A DNA stretch of 64,000 nucleotides, taken from NCBI GenBank assembly GCA_964651815.1, contig CAZYWG010000004.1, forward strand, positions 36,977 to 100,976, written 5' to 3'. This document shows positions 1 to 10,781 of this stretch, piece by piece. The translations under genes and the position numbers were made by a program. Under the pieces are notes generated by a model. That model saw only the letters and a list, made by a program, of their open reading frames with translations, searched no databases and was not told where the DNA came from. The DNA is from an uncultured Gammaproteobacteria bacterium. GTDB taxonomy: Bacteria; Patescibacteriota; Microgenomatia; Levybacterales; GWA1-39-11. Positions within the stretch are counted from its first letter, which is position 1, and each line of letters begins with the position of its first letter.

Positions 1-375
1 ATTCTTCAAGATGAATTTGTGAAGCCAGTGGATGAAGCAATTATTGACCACGCAAAGAAATATAAGGGGAGAATTATTACGTGTGATTATAATCTTGCTA
101 AAAAAGCAAAAATTTCAGGAGTTGTTGCAATCGATCTTTATGAAATGACAAATATTTTAAAAACCCAAGCGCTTCCCGGGGAAGAATTTTTTGTCAAAAT
201 AGTCCAAGAGGGTAAAGGAATCGGGCAGGGAGTTGGATATTTGCCTGATGGGACAATGCTTGTTGTAGAACAGGGGAAAACCTTCGTTGGAAAAACGATA
301 AAAGTTGAGGTTTCACGCATCATTCAAACCGACGCAGGAAAAATCCTCTTCTCAAAAATAAAAGCGGGGGATTAA
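1..375 (+). CDS. PIN-TRAM domain protein, C-terminal fragment (5' end outside window)
   Basis: The reading frame is open from base 1. The C-terminus has a TRAM-like beta-rich segment (GEEFFVKIVQEGKGIGQGVGYLPDGTMLVVEQG...GKTIKVEVSRIIQ). The preceding segment (IITCDYNLAKKAKISGVVAIDL) resembles the end of a PIN domain, as in YacL-like proteins. Confidence 0.5.
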   Translation: MLQDEFVKPVDEAIIDHAKKYKGRIITCDYNLAKKAKISGVVAIDLYEMTNILKTQALPGEEFFVKIVQEGKGIGQGVGYLPDGTMLVVEQGKTFVGKTIKVEVSRIIQTDAGKILFSKIKAGD

Positions 376-448
376 CATTTGGACAATCGGGATTTCTTGA
401 AACTTACCTTCAAATCCTCTACAATTAAATTTCCTCTTTTTATTAAAC

Positions 449-1930
449 ATGAAAAAATTAACAAAAATTATTGCAACGGTTGGACCATCAACTGATTCGG
501 AAGAGAAAATTTCAAAGCTTATTGATCTTGGGGTTAATATTTTCCGATTCAATGTAAAACATAATGATCTACCCTGGCATAAAGAGAAGATTGGGCTTGT
601 CAAAAAATTAGCCTCTGAAAAAGATATTGCAGTTGGCACACTTCTTGATTTACAAGGGCCTGAGATCAGAACAGTTGTGCCACATTCGTCGGATAATTCT
701 CCAGAAGAAGAGGGTTGTATTGAAATTGAAAAAGACGAGCACGTATTTGTTGGTGAAACACAAGATCCTGAGTTCAAAGACAAAAAATTTACAATTAGTC
801 ATCTCGAAGTTCTAAAGCATTTAACAGGTGGGCAGAGAATTGTTGTTGAAGACGGGCGGGCAACGTTTCGGGTAGAAAGAGTAACAAATGCCGGAGCAAT
901 TCTTGTTTCGGAAGGCAAACAAGAACTTAAAAACAAGAAGACGTTTAATCTACCGGGGGCTACTTATCCAATGCCTACATTGACAGATAAAGACCGCGAA
1001 GCAATTAAAATGGCTGCTGAAATTAGGGTGGATTTCGTGGCTTTGTCTTTTGTCAGGACAGATCAAGATGTTTTGGACCTCAAAGACTTGATGAAAAAAG
1101 AGGGCCTTCCGGCAAGGGTTATATCTAAAATTGAGACGAGGATTGCAATCGAAAATCTGGATGCTATAGTTGCCGCATCAGAAGGAATAATGGTGGCGAG
1201 AGGTGATCTTGGAATTGAAATTCCAATTGAACAAGTACCTTTTTACCAAAAACTCATGATTAAAAAATGCCTTGAGCGTGGGATACCTGTGATAACGGCT
1301 ACTCAAATGCTTATTTCCATGACAAATGCTTCCTATCCAACACGTGCAGAAGTTTCTGATGTTGCAAATGCTGCCTATGATTTGACCGATGCCGTTATGT
1401 TATCAGAAGAAACTGCAGTTGGGCATTATCCCGAGGAAACAGTTAAAACTATGTCTGGCACGGTTGAGTTTTCAGAAAAACAAAATATTTTGCGTGATAC
1501 TCGAAACATTTTTGATTACGACATACTAGATTCGGAAGAAATGCTTTGTGACACCGCTTACAACCTTTATCTCAAGTTTGAAGAAGAAAAAGAGCCAATT
1601 GGGGGTTTTATTGTGTTCTCTGAAACTGGCAGAACAGGCCGAAAGCTCTCCCGTTATAGAGCAAAAGCTCCCATTTACGTTTTTACTCCCAGTTCAAAAG
1701 TGCGCGACGGATTGACTATGAGTTTTGGAGTCATGCCTTTTATACAACCGAGTAAAATGCCTGGTACTAATGCAATCAGGATAGAGGATATGAAAGAAAC
1801 TTTTGCATTTTTAATTAAAAAAGAGCATGTAAATCCTGACAAACGCTATATTCTGCTGTATGGAGATAACTGGAATGTAGCAGGAGGAATTTCGACAATT
1901 AAAATAGTTTACCCCAAAAATCTTGACTAG
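449..1930 (+). CDS. pyk: pyruvate kinase
   Basis: Pyruvate kinase signatures are present: IIATVGPS, LDLQGPEIRT, MVARGDLGIEIP. The length (493 aa) fits PK with a C-terminal regulatory domain. Confidence 0.9.
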   Translation: MKKLTKIIATVGPSTDSEEKISKLIDLGVNIFRFNVKHNDLPWHKEKIGLVKKLASEKDIAVGTLLDLQGPEIRTVVPHSSDNSPEEEGCIEIEKDEHVFVGETQDPEFKDKKFTISHLEVLKHLTGGQRIVVEDGRATFRVERVTNAGAILVSEGKQELKNKKTFNLPGATYPMPTLTDKDREAIKMAAEIRVDFVALSFVRTDQDVLDLKDLMKKEGLPARVISKIETRIAIENLDAIVAASEGIMVARGDLGIEIPIEQVPFYQKLMIKKCLERGIPVITATQMLISMTNASYPTRAEVSDVANAAYDLTDAVMLSEETAVGHYPEETVKTMSGTVEFSEKQNILRDTRNIFDYDILDSEEMLCDTAYNLYLKFEEEKEPIGGFIVFSETGRTGRKLSRYRAKAPIYVFTPSSKVRDGLTMSFGVMPFIQPSKMPGTNAIRIEDMKETFAFLIKKEHVNPDKRYILLYGDNWNVAGGISTIKIVYPKNLD

Positions 1931-2179
1931 AAAATAGTTTTCACGGTACTTATAAATCCTGTGAAAATTGCGTCGTAACGGGGTCAATTTTATTTTTTTA
2001 ACTCAAAGAGGTACAAAGTACTATTCTCTGTTTCATAACCGCAGTTTTTGTGTCAAACAGTTCCCCAAATAAAAAGGAGTAAAAAAAGTCTAGTGTGCTA
2101 TTTGTTTATTTGGCCTGAAATCATTTCCTTAGGTGGGAATAAGAAAGTTTACACTGAAAAATTTTTTGCTTGCAAATTT

Positions 2180-2400
2180 AGGTAGAGGTAAGAAAGCCTG
2201 CCCAACTCTCCTACCTCAATTAAATCTGAAAGCTAAAAAAAATTTTTAAGTGCCTGCACCTCAGAATCCTTTTCGTTTTCTGAGTCTAGCGACAACTCTC
2301 CTATCCCCATTAAAAAAACAATTTACAGACCCTTCACCTCAGAAAACTTTTGTTTCTGGGTCTAACTATACCTTTTCTACCCCTATTTAATTCTCCAAAA
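2180..2400. repeat. imperfect tandem repeats of about 75 bp, each with a conserved hairpin, in a convergent intergenic region
   Basis: Unit 2 (~2245-2315) and unit 3 (~2320-2395) share the pattern cacctcagaaNNcttttNgtttctgNgtctaNc...tcctaNccccatt(t)aa. Each unit contains a stem: ctcagaa/ttctgag in one and cagaaa/tttctg in the other. A partial third copy (ctctcctacctcaattaaa) lies at ~2205-2225. A related pair of repeats, gcctaaag(ac/tt)taaagc, lies at 2557-2580 and 2648-2675. Confidence 0.4.
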
Positions 2401-3093
2401 GTTTGGCAGGCACACTTTTCAAGACATGAAAAATGTTTCTCTGACAGTCCAAATTAATTGTTTTTGCTTCGTCAACTTTTCTTGACAAAACTTTTCACAT
2501 TTGTTAATTTTACTTTCAATAGCATAGTCTTTTCCTGCCTAAAGACTAAAGCTTACTTTTTAAAAGAGCATTGCTTTTCGTACTTAAGGTTTTATTTCAC
2601 AGTAGCGAAAGTGATGCTCTTTTTCTTTTGTCGGAAGGTTTTCACCTGCCTGTTTGCCTAAAGTTTAAAGCCTGCTTGATCAAAGTAACGTAACTCTAAA
2701 ACTCAATCCTTTTTCAACCAATTTTAAAATTTCGTCGCGTCCTGCACGTTCAACAGATTCTTGGTAAAAATCCACATTTTTTCGGGGTTTCATTTTGTTT
2801 CGTTTTTTAAGGAGTTTTAAAATATTCATGGCTATTTATTAAGTATAGCACAATTCACTAAGTGGTGCAACCTATAGCAAAAAATCATTCAAAAAGTAGT
2901 AGGCCTAGAATAAATTACATGTCAATTTAGATTGATTTATCAACCAATTTTGTTTAAGCATATAAAAATGTGGATAACCCAGGGAAAACTATTTTGCTCC
3001 TTGACAAAGCGTAATTTTGCCACTTTTTTAGTGAGATTAGGAAAGTTCAAAAGAAAGTAAATTTATTTTAGTTGTAACAACAATCGCGGGGTA

Positions 3094-6000
3094 TTAATTA
3101 ATTCTTTTGATTTTAATATTAAGCGCTTTTATAACAATAGTAATTATGACTATAAAAAGTAGTCCGAAGCCAATATATTCAAGATATTGAGGGAGATAGG
3201 CTATGACAATTGATTGTTCGTTTGAAATAAGCCAGCCGTTTTCCCAGGAATTTACTTCAAAATGTTGTTTGACTTCTTTTCCGAAGATAAAAGGAAAGAA
3301 TTGGTTTAAAAAGTTTGAGTTAGTAACGTAGTAAGCCTTCCAGCCGTGGTCATAACTTTGAGAAAGAACTAGATTAGCTTGTAGCTTGGAGCTGTTAGCT
3401 TTTAGGTTTACGATATACAGGCTTTCGTTTGGGTGCGAGACATTCTTAATTTGAGCTATCGTAGAACCAGAATTATTATTGTTTCCAGATTGGAAAGATA
3501 TATTTTCTATAAATTTTGACGGAATAGGGTAAACTTCAAGGGAAGAAAACTCGTTTTGGACAAGATCATTTCCAATTGCGCTGTTATCTAAGTGAAAAGA
3601 GTATCCTAGACCCCCACTTTCCATAGTCGGAACGCTAAGCGCTTGTGCCCCATGACCGTCAAGGTAAATATCAACTGGCGCCACTTTTTCATCCTCATTC
3701 AAGACCCAAAAATGAAGTGGACGGCCTGATAAATTTTGAGAGTTTACAAAAAGAGCGTAGCCTTGATCGTGCGACAATGTTGCAGAATAGAATGACAAAC
3801 ATTTACTTGAGTTTTTATCTGAAATATTAGCAACACCATTTACAAACGATGTGTTTGCCGCGCCGCTTCTGAAAGAATTACAGTTTTCAAATCTACCATC
3901 CACGCCTTTTGCTTTATATGAAAGGTAAGAATCATCAATCTTTGGGATAATAACAGAAATTACATGCGTTCCAGCACCAATCTTAATCTCTGATCCTTGT
4001 GTAAAAAGGTTTTCATAATCTGAGGAAGAAATTGTTGCTTGGCTAGCGACATCTTCACCCGACAAAACAATTTGATTATCAAGTGACATAAGAAGAAAGG
4101 TTGTGCCGATGGTCTTTGAACTTGGTAAGTTATCTGAAATTGTAATATTTGTTGTCCCGTTGATATTTATTACAGCTGGAAATGTAGCGGTGTTTGAAAT
4201 TGAGAAAAGTGGGATAGTAGTTTCATTTCCCCATACTTTTTTGCCATCTATTAATATTTGTGGAGTTTGAATTCTTGCATTGATTTGAATATTTCCATTT
4301 TCATCAACGTTCTTATAGAAGGAAGCAGAAACAATTTTTTCAACCTCTTGAAAATTTGGAACGACAAGATTTGAATCTTTTTGCAAGTTGATATTTGTTT
4401 GTAACGCAATATTAGTAGGGTTATTTTTAAGACTATACTGTGTTCGGTCGAGCATTTTTTGAGAAAAAAGCGAGAAAGGGTAGAGATAGTTATTAGTTAA
4501 TAGGGAATAGTTATTAGGTTTTGAAACGTAGTTACCCATTGTTGAGTAGGCAGGGTCATTTGTTTTCCAAGTAGGTGAATTAACGTTTGAAATATTTGCC
4601 GGAGCAGTAAATACAAATGAATTGGGTTTATCTTTGAGCGCAATTTTATAGATCTTTATCTTGCCGAATGTCGCGTCTAGTTTTGCTCCCGGTATTCTCG
4701 AGAGCAAATTTTCAGTTTCCGGATAAAAAAGGGAGTGCGGCGCCGGCGGATAAATAACATTTTCATCGAGCATAACAAATGAAATCTGGTACTTATTTAT
4801 TACATCTTCAAGCGCTTTGTAATTGTTGGAATAAAGTGCTGCAGAAAGCTGGTAATAATAACTTTCAGAGTCTTGTGACCAGACGTCAAAAGCCCTATCC
4901 AGAACTGGTTGATTCAAGCCATACCAGATAAATCCCGAGCCGCCCGACCCTTGGTCACCCCATCTATAAAATGTCCATCCCCAAAAAGTGTTTTGAGGTA
5001 AATTTGCAATTCGAGCATTTTGGTTTTGGTGTTTAAAATAGTCAAAAGTCTCAAAATATTCGTTTGGTATTTTTACCGTTACTTTATTGTAGAAAAGATT
5101 ACCGTTGAAGGCAGGGAGTGCAATCAAAAGAATCAAAAGGCAGGGAATAGATAATAGAAAATAGTTAATAGTTTTTTTAAGCTTTGAGTTATGAGTCTTA
5201 ATAATACTTATTAAAAAATCAAGAATAAATGATGTTCCAAGAGAAAGCATAATAGAATATGCTAATGCTGCAAGGAGCGAGAATTTTGTAAATGGGAAAC
5301 GGAATGCTTCACCTAAGAGAGGTAGAAATCTAAATGCCTGGTCAAAAAGAGCAAAAGGTTGGGTGCCGGTTGCAAGCATAGTGAAGGCAAAAAGGAAAAT
5401 TGCGGCATATGCTATCTTTGTTCTTTGCTCGTAGTTTTTAGTTCGCATCTTTAGCAAAGAGTGAATAAAACCTACAAGAATTATTCCAAAAAGTAGGAAA
5501 CCCGCGGCTGGGATAATGGGATTTGAAAAATGCGCTTTCCAAGGGGCAAGCATAAAAGTGTTGTTTCCGTTTATGTTAGGATCCACATTGTTAAACCAAA
5601 AGCCCTTGAGTAAAGCAGTATCTGGAAGAGTACCAAACTCCTTGTTTTGTGCAAAAATTACGCCAGACGACATTTGATTTATTTTGGCCGTTAGTGCCAC
5701 GCCTGAATTTGTAACAGTAAAATAAAAGAAAGGTAAAAGCCAAAAGGCATTGACAAGAAAAATTATCAAATAAAGTTTGGCGGCACGTGTCAGAAAAGAA
5801 ACGCGATTAGATTCAAATAGAAAATTCACAAATACGTAAATTGAAAGCGCAATCATCAAAACAACAAATAAGGTGGGGATATAGGCGCTCGGCGCGGCGA
5901 GTAAAAGAATAACTACCAAAAAAGCTAGCCGTTTTCTGCTTGGCTTCTCAAGGTAAAGTATGGATGACAGCAAGAACCATGGAAGCGCAGCAAAATGAGC

Positions 6001-6495
6001 TGTAAACGCCTCAAATGGCGCATAAAATGTTTGTAGTGTGCCAATGTTGAGCGTATAAAAAAGTGCACCAATAAATGAAATCCATTGACCCCGTGCCCCT
6101 TGGGCAAATCGGGGTTGACCATTTTTGAAAAGATGTTTGATCAGAAAGTAAGCCCCAACTCCTCCCAAAAAAAGCATAGTGAAAGTGGAAATGTACCTTG
6201 CTAAATTCATTGGGAAAACAAACATCAGGACCAATACGTAAATTTGTCTGACTAAATCAGAGGCGTGTCCCATGCCACCAAGGAGGCCAAGTGACTGATA
6301 TTCTTGCCATACGGCAAATAGAGACCTTTGGATATTCGTCCAAATAGAAAGTTCCGGCATCAGGTTATCCCAACCGATTAGAAATGTTCCTGGTTTGAAG
6401 TTGAGCGCAAACAAGACTACGTTTAGGGCAAGAAGGCCCAAGACAGGCCAATATTTGATAATTTCCAATTTTAAATTTCCAATTTTAAATTTCAT
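3094..6495 (-). CDS. large polytopic membrane protein, putative GT-C/YfhO-like glycosyltransferase with a large extracytoplasmic C-terminal region
   Basis: The N-terminal ~450 aa contain more than 10 hydrophobic helices. A GWDNLMPE motif sits in the first loop, paralogous to the GDGWDNYEY of the downstream gene. It lies in an operon with GT2 and GT4 genes. Confidence 0.5.
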   Translation of the reverse strand: MKFKIGNLKLEIIKYWPVLGLLALNVVLFALNFKPGTFLIGWDNLMPELSIWTNIQRSLFAVWQEYQSLGLLGGMGHASDLVRQIYVLVLMFVFPMNLARYISTFTMLFLGGVGAYFLIKHLFKNGQPRFAQGARGQWISFIGALFYTLNIGTLQTFYAPFEAFTAHFAALPWFLLSSILYLEKPSRKRLAFLVVILLLAAPSAYIPTLFVVLMIALSIYVFVNFLFESNRVSFLTRAAKLYLIIFLVNAFWLLPFFYFTVTNSGVALTAKINQMSSGVIFAQNKEFGTLPDTALLKGFWFNNVDPNINGNNTFMLAPWKAHFSNPIIPAAGFLLFGIILVGFIHSLLKMRTKNYEQRTKIAYAAIFLFAFTMLATGTQPFALFDQAFRFLPLLGEAFRFPFTKFSLLAALAYSIMLSLGTSFILDFLISIIKTHNSKLKKTINYFLLSIPCLLILLIALPAFNGNLFYNKVTVKIPNEYFETFDYFKHQNQNARIANLPQNTFWGWTFYRWGDQGSGGSGFIWYGLNQPVLDRAFDVWSQDSESYYYQLSAALYSNNYKALEDVINKYQISFVMLDENVIYPPAPHSLFYPETENLLSRIPGAKLDATFGKIKIYKIALKDKPNSFVFTAPANISNVNSPTWKTNDPAYSTMGNYVSKPNNYSLLTNNYLYPFSLFSQKMLDRTQYSLKNNPTNIALQTNINLQKDSNLVVPNFQEVEKIVSASFYKNVDENGNIQINARIQTPQILIDGKKVWGNETTIPLFSISNTATFPAVININGTTNITISDNLPSSKTIGTTFLLMSLDNQIVLSGEDVASQATISSSDYENLFTQGSEIKIGAGTHVISVIIPKIDDSYLSYKAKGVDGRFENCNSFRSGAANTSFVNGVANISDKNSSKCLSFYSATLSHDQGYALFVNSQNLSGRPLHFWVLNEDEKVAPVDIYLDGHGAQALSVPTMESGGLGYSFHLDNSAIGNDLVQNEFSSLEVYPIPSKFIENISFQSGNNNNSGSTIAQIKNVSHPNESLYIVNLKANSSKLQANLVLSQSYDHGWKAYYVTNSNFLNQFFPFIFGKEVKQHFEVNSWENGWLISNEQSIVIAYLPQYLEYIGFGLLFIVIITIVIKALNIKIKRIN

Positions 6496-6512
6496 TTTAG
6501 TTTATTTTGTCT

Positions 6513-8600
6513 TTAATTAAGTTTATATACGGTAGCTGCGCTATCATCATAAATTTGACTGATGGCAGGCAAATTAGGAACGTAATTTGCGTCCGACTCA
6601 ACATATCTATACCAAATGGAAAAAGCAGCATCATGAACCTGTTTTTTTGAAACAAAACTTAGCGTAGAGCCCCCGGCAACCGGAAAATTAATTGTATTTT
6701 TTGGTGAAAGCTCAATGGCGTATTTTTGATAAGTACTATTCCATGAATAGTTATTTGAAATGGGTACACCATTTATAGTAATTGAAAAGTCTGACTTAAT
6801 TGATGGGTCAAGGAATACACCATCAACATAAAAAATTCCGTCATATGGTAAATAAACATTAAATCTTGAATATCCGTCCAAAGATTTACCTGTAATTTGT
6901 TTTTCCTCAGAATCAGAAGTTAGAGCCGCGCTCTTTGTAAAAGGGACGAGATTAGTCAATTCAGTTCTGACGTTTGTGCAGACAGAATGGTAAAATTTGT
7001 CATCTTTGTGAACAACTAGCGTGTTAATCCCGTAGCTTTTAAGAGAGCTTATCATTTGCCTATTTTTAATGTCCTCTTCAACCGAGTCAATCGTATTTGG
7101 TAAAAGACGTTGTTCGTCACAAATAAAACGGGTTAATAACGTCTGAATCACAAAGGATTTTTGGAGACTTCCATCAGCAGACCAGTGGAAATATCCGTTG
7201 ACAATAGGCTTGTCATAATACAGGGAGAGCATGTTGTACCTCGAATAATAAAGATTGACCGGAATATCAACAACGGCTGAAGTTTTGCTTTGTTTTACAA
7301 CATCTATATATTTTGCCCCGGAAAGCGTGTCGGTGGAATAAAAAGTTGCAGGTAGTCGTTCTAAAATACAGAAAATTAAGACAGCCGCAATTATTAAGTT
7401 TTTCTTTTTTGTGAGAGAGTTTAAAAATAGCAAAATGGCCGCTGTTTCAAAAAAGTAAAAGAGCACTACAAATCTTCCGGTTTCAATTATTGATGAGAAA
7501 GGCGGAACTTTTATAAGGAAATTATAAATGTATAGAGGGGAAGCGCTTGGGGCTCCAAAAGAAAGAAGCAAAAAGATAGAAAAAATACTCACCAAAAATA
7601 GTTTAATTTTTGTGTTCGACTTAACAATAAATGCTAGGAAAATAAGTATTTCTATGAATCCTGAAAAGACCGCTTTTTCTATAGAGAAGGGTGTAGGGCT
7701 CGCAACAATTTTTGAGACAAGTAATTTAAGGTATGAGTTGGGAAGAATGTAATCAAAAAACGAAGGACTTATATCTTTTAAAAATATTGATCTATCCAAA
7801 AAAACAAATGAACCTGTCATCAATGCAAAAATGTAAGGGAAATATAAAACGCTAAAAACCAATACGAAAACAATAATTGGAAGTTTGAGGTTATTTTTAG
7901 AATCAATTATTTTCTTAACAAGTCCAAATAGAATGCTCTTATCAATAAAAAATGTTGCAACTATTACTGCGACAAGAGATAAGAAAAGCATTATTAAGTA
8001 TTGAAGAGAAGAGAGAGCGATAAGAATAATTGCCCCAAAAAACAAAAAGAAATCCCTTTTTTGGATACTTTGAGTCCTGAGCATATTAAGAACGGCATAA
8101 GCAAACAATGGAAAACCACCCACAAAAAGAAGATTAGGATGAGAAGCAGCTTTGGCAATTGTATAAAAAGAGAATCCATAAATTATGGCTCCCGCTGCCC
8201 CGAGGATTCTGGATTTCGTGAGGGAGGCGAAAAACAAATAGCTTAATGCGCCATTAAGTGTCATAAGAATTAATATTGTCAGGTTATATCCTAACGGCAT
8301 ACTAAAAATGAGGGTCAGTAGAGCCCCTGTTACAACTGTTAGGTACGAGTCAAAACCGCGTGAGAAATCAAACCCCACAGGGTAACGCCATAAATGTTGA
8401 TAGACAAAAGGGTAATGCAGCTCTTTTATCTGATTTGCGGCAAGCATTTGATATGAAGCATATTCATAATTATCCCAGCCGTCACCAATAAAACTTTTAT
8501 TTAGTTTTAAGATAGAAGGAAAGGTAAACATGACGCTTAAAAGAAGCGAAATACCAATTACAGCGAAAATGATTTTAAATTTTAAACTCAAAATTTTCAT
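6513..8600 (-). CDS. polytopic membrane protein, putative GT-C-like (ArnT/PMT/YfhO-type) glycosyltransferase
   Basis: Multiple TM helices are present. An acidic GDGWDNYEY motif after TM1 fits the GT-C first-loop pattern. It lies in an operon with GT2 and GT4 genes. Confidence 0.5.
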   Translation of the reverse strand: MKILSLKFKIIFAVIGISLLLSVMFTFPSILKLNKSFIGDGWDNYEYASYQMLAANQIKELHYPFVYQHLWRYPVGFDFSRGFDSYLTVVTGALLTLIFSMPLGYNLTILILMTLNGALSYLFFASLTKSRILGAAGAIIYGFSFYTIAKAASHPNLLFVGGFPLFAYAVLNMLRTQSIQKRDFFLFFGAIILIALSSLQYLIMLFLSLVAVIVATFFIDKSILFGLVKKIIDSKNNLKLPIIVFVLVFSVLYFPYIFALMTGSFVFLDRSIFLKDISPSFFDYILPNSYLKLLVSKIVASPTPFSIEKAVFSGFIEILIFLAFIVKSNTKIKLFLVSIFSIFLLLSFGAPSASPLYIYNFLIKVPPFSSIIETGRFVVLFYFFETAAILLFLNSLTKKKNLIIAAVLIFCILERLPATFYSTDTLSGAKYIDVVKQSKTSAVVDIPVNLYYSRYNMLSLYYDKPIVNGYFHWSADGSLQKSFVIQTLLTRFICDEQRLLPNTIDSVEEDIKNRQMISSLKSYGINTLVVHKDDKFYHSVCTNVRTELTNLVPFTKSAALTSDSEEKQITGKSLDGYSRFNVYLPYDGIFYVDGVFLDPSIKSDFSITINGVPISNNYSWNSTYQKYAIELSPKNTINFPVAGGSTLSFVSKKQVHDAAFSIWYRYVESDANYVPNLPAISQIYDDSAATVYKLN

Positions 8601-8608
8601 ATATGTTT

Positions 8609-9925
8609 TTAATTAACGATTTCCTCGTAATATTTTTTTCCAATTTTTTCCCATGCGCGCGCCCGCCTTGCGAACGCCGCAAACTTAACAATTTTTCCCA
8701 TCAGTTTTGAATTAGTCCTAATTTTTGAAAGTTTATTGGCAAAGTCACCATTAAAATCTTCAAAAACAAGGTTGTCTATTTTAAGGTGTGCTTCGTTCAG
8801 CATCTCCTTCATGTCGTCAGCCATTAGTACGTCACGGAGCTTTGGAGAAAGTAAGAACGGTTTTTTGAATGAGAGAGCAATTGAAAGAGGCCCACTTGAT
8901 GACATAAATGTTCTGTATGGAAAAACCACCAAATCTGCAGCTTTAAAATACATTGGAATATCGCGTTCCTTAACAAAACCGGTTACCATAAAACCATTCT
9001 TTTTAGATTCATTCATAATTCCTTTAATATATCTTTGGTAATAATTTTTGTCCGTGTGATTTGGATTTGGTCCACCGGCCAAAACAAGAGCAATATCGCG
9101 CCCTTTATTTTTTTTCTTAATGTCATTTATTGCATGTACCAACCAATCAGTCCCTTTGTACCAAGCAAGAAAACCAAATGACAAAATGACAAAAGAATTG
9201 TTTTTAACCCCAAGCTTCTTCCTGGCTTCTATTCTTCCCGGGATATTTTTAAACTCTTCAACACCGTGAGGAATAACAACGATTTTTCTTGTTTCCCCCC
9301 GTGCAGATAAAGATTCTTTAAGCCCTTCCTCAAATACAATAACTTTAGTGGCTATGAATAATATGTAAGAATAAAACAACTTCAAAACCACGTCCATTAA
9401 ATCTGTTGTAAAAGATCTTTGAGAAAGATTTATATGTGGAGCAATATCTTCAAGATCATCAATTACCTGATGCATGACAAAAATAATCCTTTTGCCCATG
9501 AGTTTTAATACAGCAAGAAAGATTGGGAAGGGCAGAATATATAAAAGATTACCAAACATTGCAAGCTCAAATTCTATAAGGACTGTTTTTGAGTCGTTGT
9601 TTGTAGTTTTTAGTATTTCCCGGAGAAGAGTGGGAAACGCCGTGAAAGAATTCCTTTTCCATAATCTTTTGACTTGAATTCCCCTTTCAGTATAGTCATT
9701 TTCCGCGTCAAGCTTTTCCGCCAAAACCTCAATTGATAGCTTGTTTTTTTCAACGCCGGCCCGCCTAGACTCGCCATCGATTTCTGAGTCGAGGCTGGCA
9801 GCGCCTAAAATAGCACGGAAAGTATTTTTGGCATATGACGCGATTCCCACAACTTGTTCTCCGTGGGTTTTGCCGCGTGCCGGATAAGATGTAATAGCAA
9901 TAATTTTGTTTTTCATATTATGCAA
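8609..9925 (-). CDS. glycosyltransferase family 4 (GT-B, 'group 1')
   Basis: The C-terminal domain has the GT4 pattern (ILSFGFLAWYKGTDWLVHAIN...ALVLAGGP...FMVTGFVKERDIPMYFKAADLVVFPY). Confidence 0.8.
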   Translation of the reverse strand: MHNMKNKIIAITSYPARGKTHGEQVVGIASYAKNTFRAILGAASLDSEIDGESRRAGVEKNKLSIEVLAEKLDAENDYTERGIQVKRLWKRNSFTAFPTLLREILKTTNNDSKTVLIEFELAMFGNLLYILPFPIFLAVLKLMGKRIIFVMHQVIDDLEDIAPHINLSQRSFTTDLMDVVLKLFYSYILFIATKVIVFEEGLKESLSARGETRKIVVIPHGVEEFKNIPGRIEARKKLGVKNNSFVILSFGFLAWYKGTDWLVHAINDIKKKNKGRDIALVLAGGPNPNHTDKNYYQRYIKGIMNESKKNGFMVTGFVKERDIPMYFKAADLVVFPYRTFMSSSGPLSIALSFKKPFLLSPKLRDVLMADDMKEMLNEAHLKIDNLVFEDFNGDFANKLSKIRTNSKLMGKIVKFAAFARRARAWEKIGKKYYEEIVN

Positions 9926-10781
9926 ATAAATTAGTTATACTAGCCCATTTGATTTTCTTGATAAGGCGCTTATGGCTGGGTTTTATCTCAATAACCTTAA
10001 TAATCGATTTTAGGGCATTATTTAATGGTAGCACGCTATGTACCACGTTGTGTACCGCTCCGTGGTACCAGCGGACCTGCGCAAGTTCAAAAAGAGTTTT
10101 TAATACTGCTACTTTAAGGTCTACTTTTGTTCTTTCATCATTTGCCCATGTGACGGCTACTTCCTGGACAAAGAAACCGTTTTGCAGGGCGAGAAATAAA
10201 ATCTCGGCATCATATCCCCATCCATTAATTCTTGCTTCTGTAAAAATTTTTCTTGTTGCATTTTTTGAAAAAGCTTTAAATCCGCAGGTAAAATCAGTAA
10301 CATCAACCTGTAAAACAAATTGAGTAAGACTGGTAAATACTCTTCCCATAAGCTCACGATACAAAGGTTGATGGCGCGTTACAGTTGAGTGACCATTTTT
10401 TCTTGTTCCAATAATAACGCTTACCCCTTTTGCCATGAAAGGCGAAAGCTTTCTTAGTTCTGAAAGTGGCGTTGACATATCAGCATCAAAGAATAGAGTA
10501 TAGTCAGAATTTGACGCTAACATCCCAAGTTTTATTGCGTTTCCTTTTCCGCGGTTTTTCTTATAACTTATGACTGATAACTTTTGGCTCATAACTTCTG
10601 GCAAATTGAATATCCAAGTCCTGATGAGTTCAAAAGTTCTATCTGTTGATCCATCATCAACAAAAATAATTTGACTAAGTTTTAATCCACGCGGCAACCT
10701 TACCCGCTTTAAGGCTTCAAATGTCTTATCAATTCGCTTTTCCTCGTTATAAACGGGAATGACAAAAGATATTGTTTTCAT
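9918..10781 (-). CDS. GT2 polyprenol-phosphate glycosyltransferase (GtrB/CsbB/DPM1-like)
   Basis: GT2 signatures: ISFVIPVYNEE, FVDDGSTD, NRGKGNAIKLGM, DADMSTP. The longest ORF starts at 10847, but the internal ATG at 10781 (MKTISFVIPVYNEE) is the conventional GT2 N-terminus. The 3' end overlaps the GT4 start by 8 bp. Confidence 0.8.
   Translation of the reverse strand: MKTISFVIPVYNEEKRIDKTFEALKRVRLPRGLKLSQIIFVDDGSTDRTFELIRTWIFNLPEVMSQKLSVISYKKNRGKGNAIKLGMLASNSDYTLFFDADMSTPLSELRKLSPFMAKGVSVIIGTRKNGHSTVTRHQPLYRELMGRVFTSLTQFVLQVDVTDFTCGFKAFSKNATRKIFTEARINGWGYDAEILFLALQNGFFVQEVAVTWANDERTKVDLKVAVLKTLFELAQVRWYHGAVHNVVHSVLPLNNALKSIIKVIEIKPSHKRLIKKIKWASITNLFA

Noticed and set aside
2458-2661. 67-aa ORF (MFLLRQLFLTKLF...) in the repeat-rich intergenic region.
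   Set aside because: It is Phe/Leu-rich, as expected from a T-rich strand. It has no RBS and spans the gcctaaag repeat pair. It is likely noncoding.
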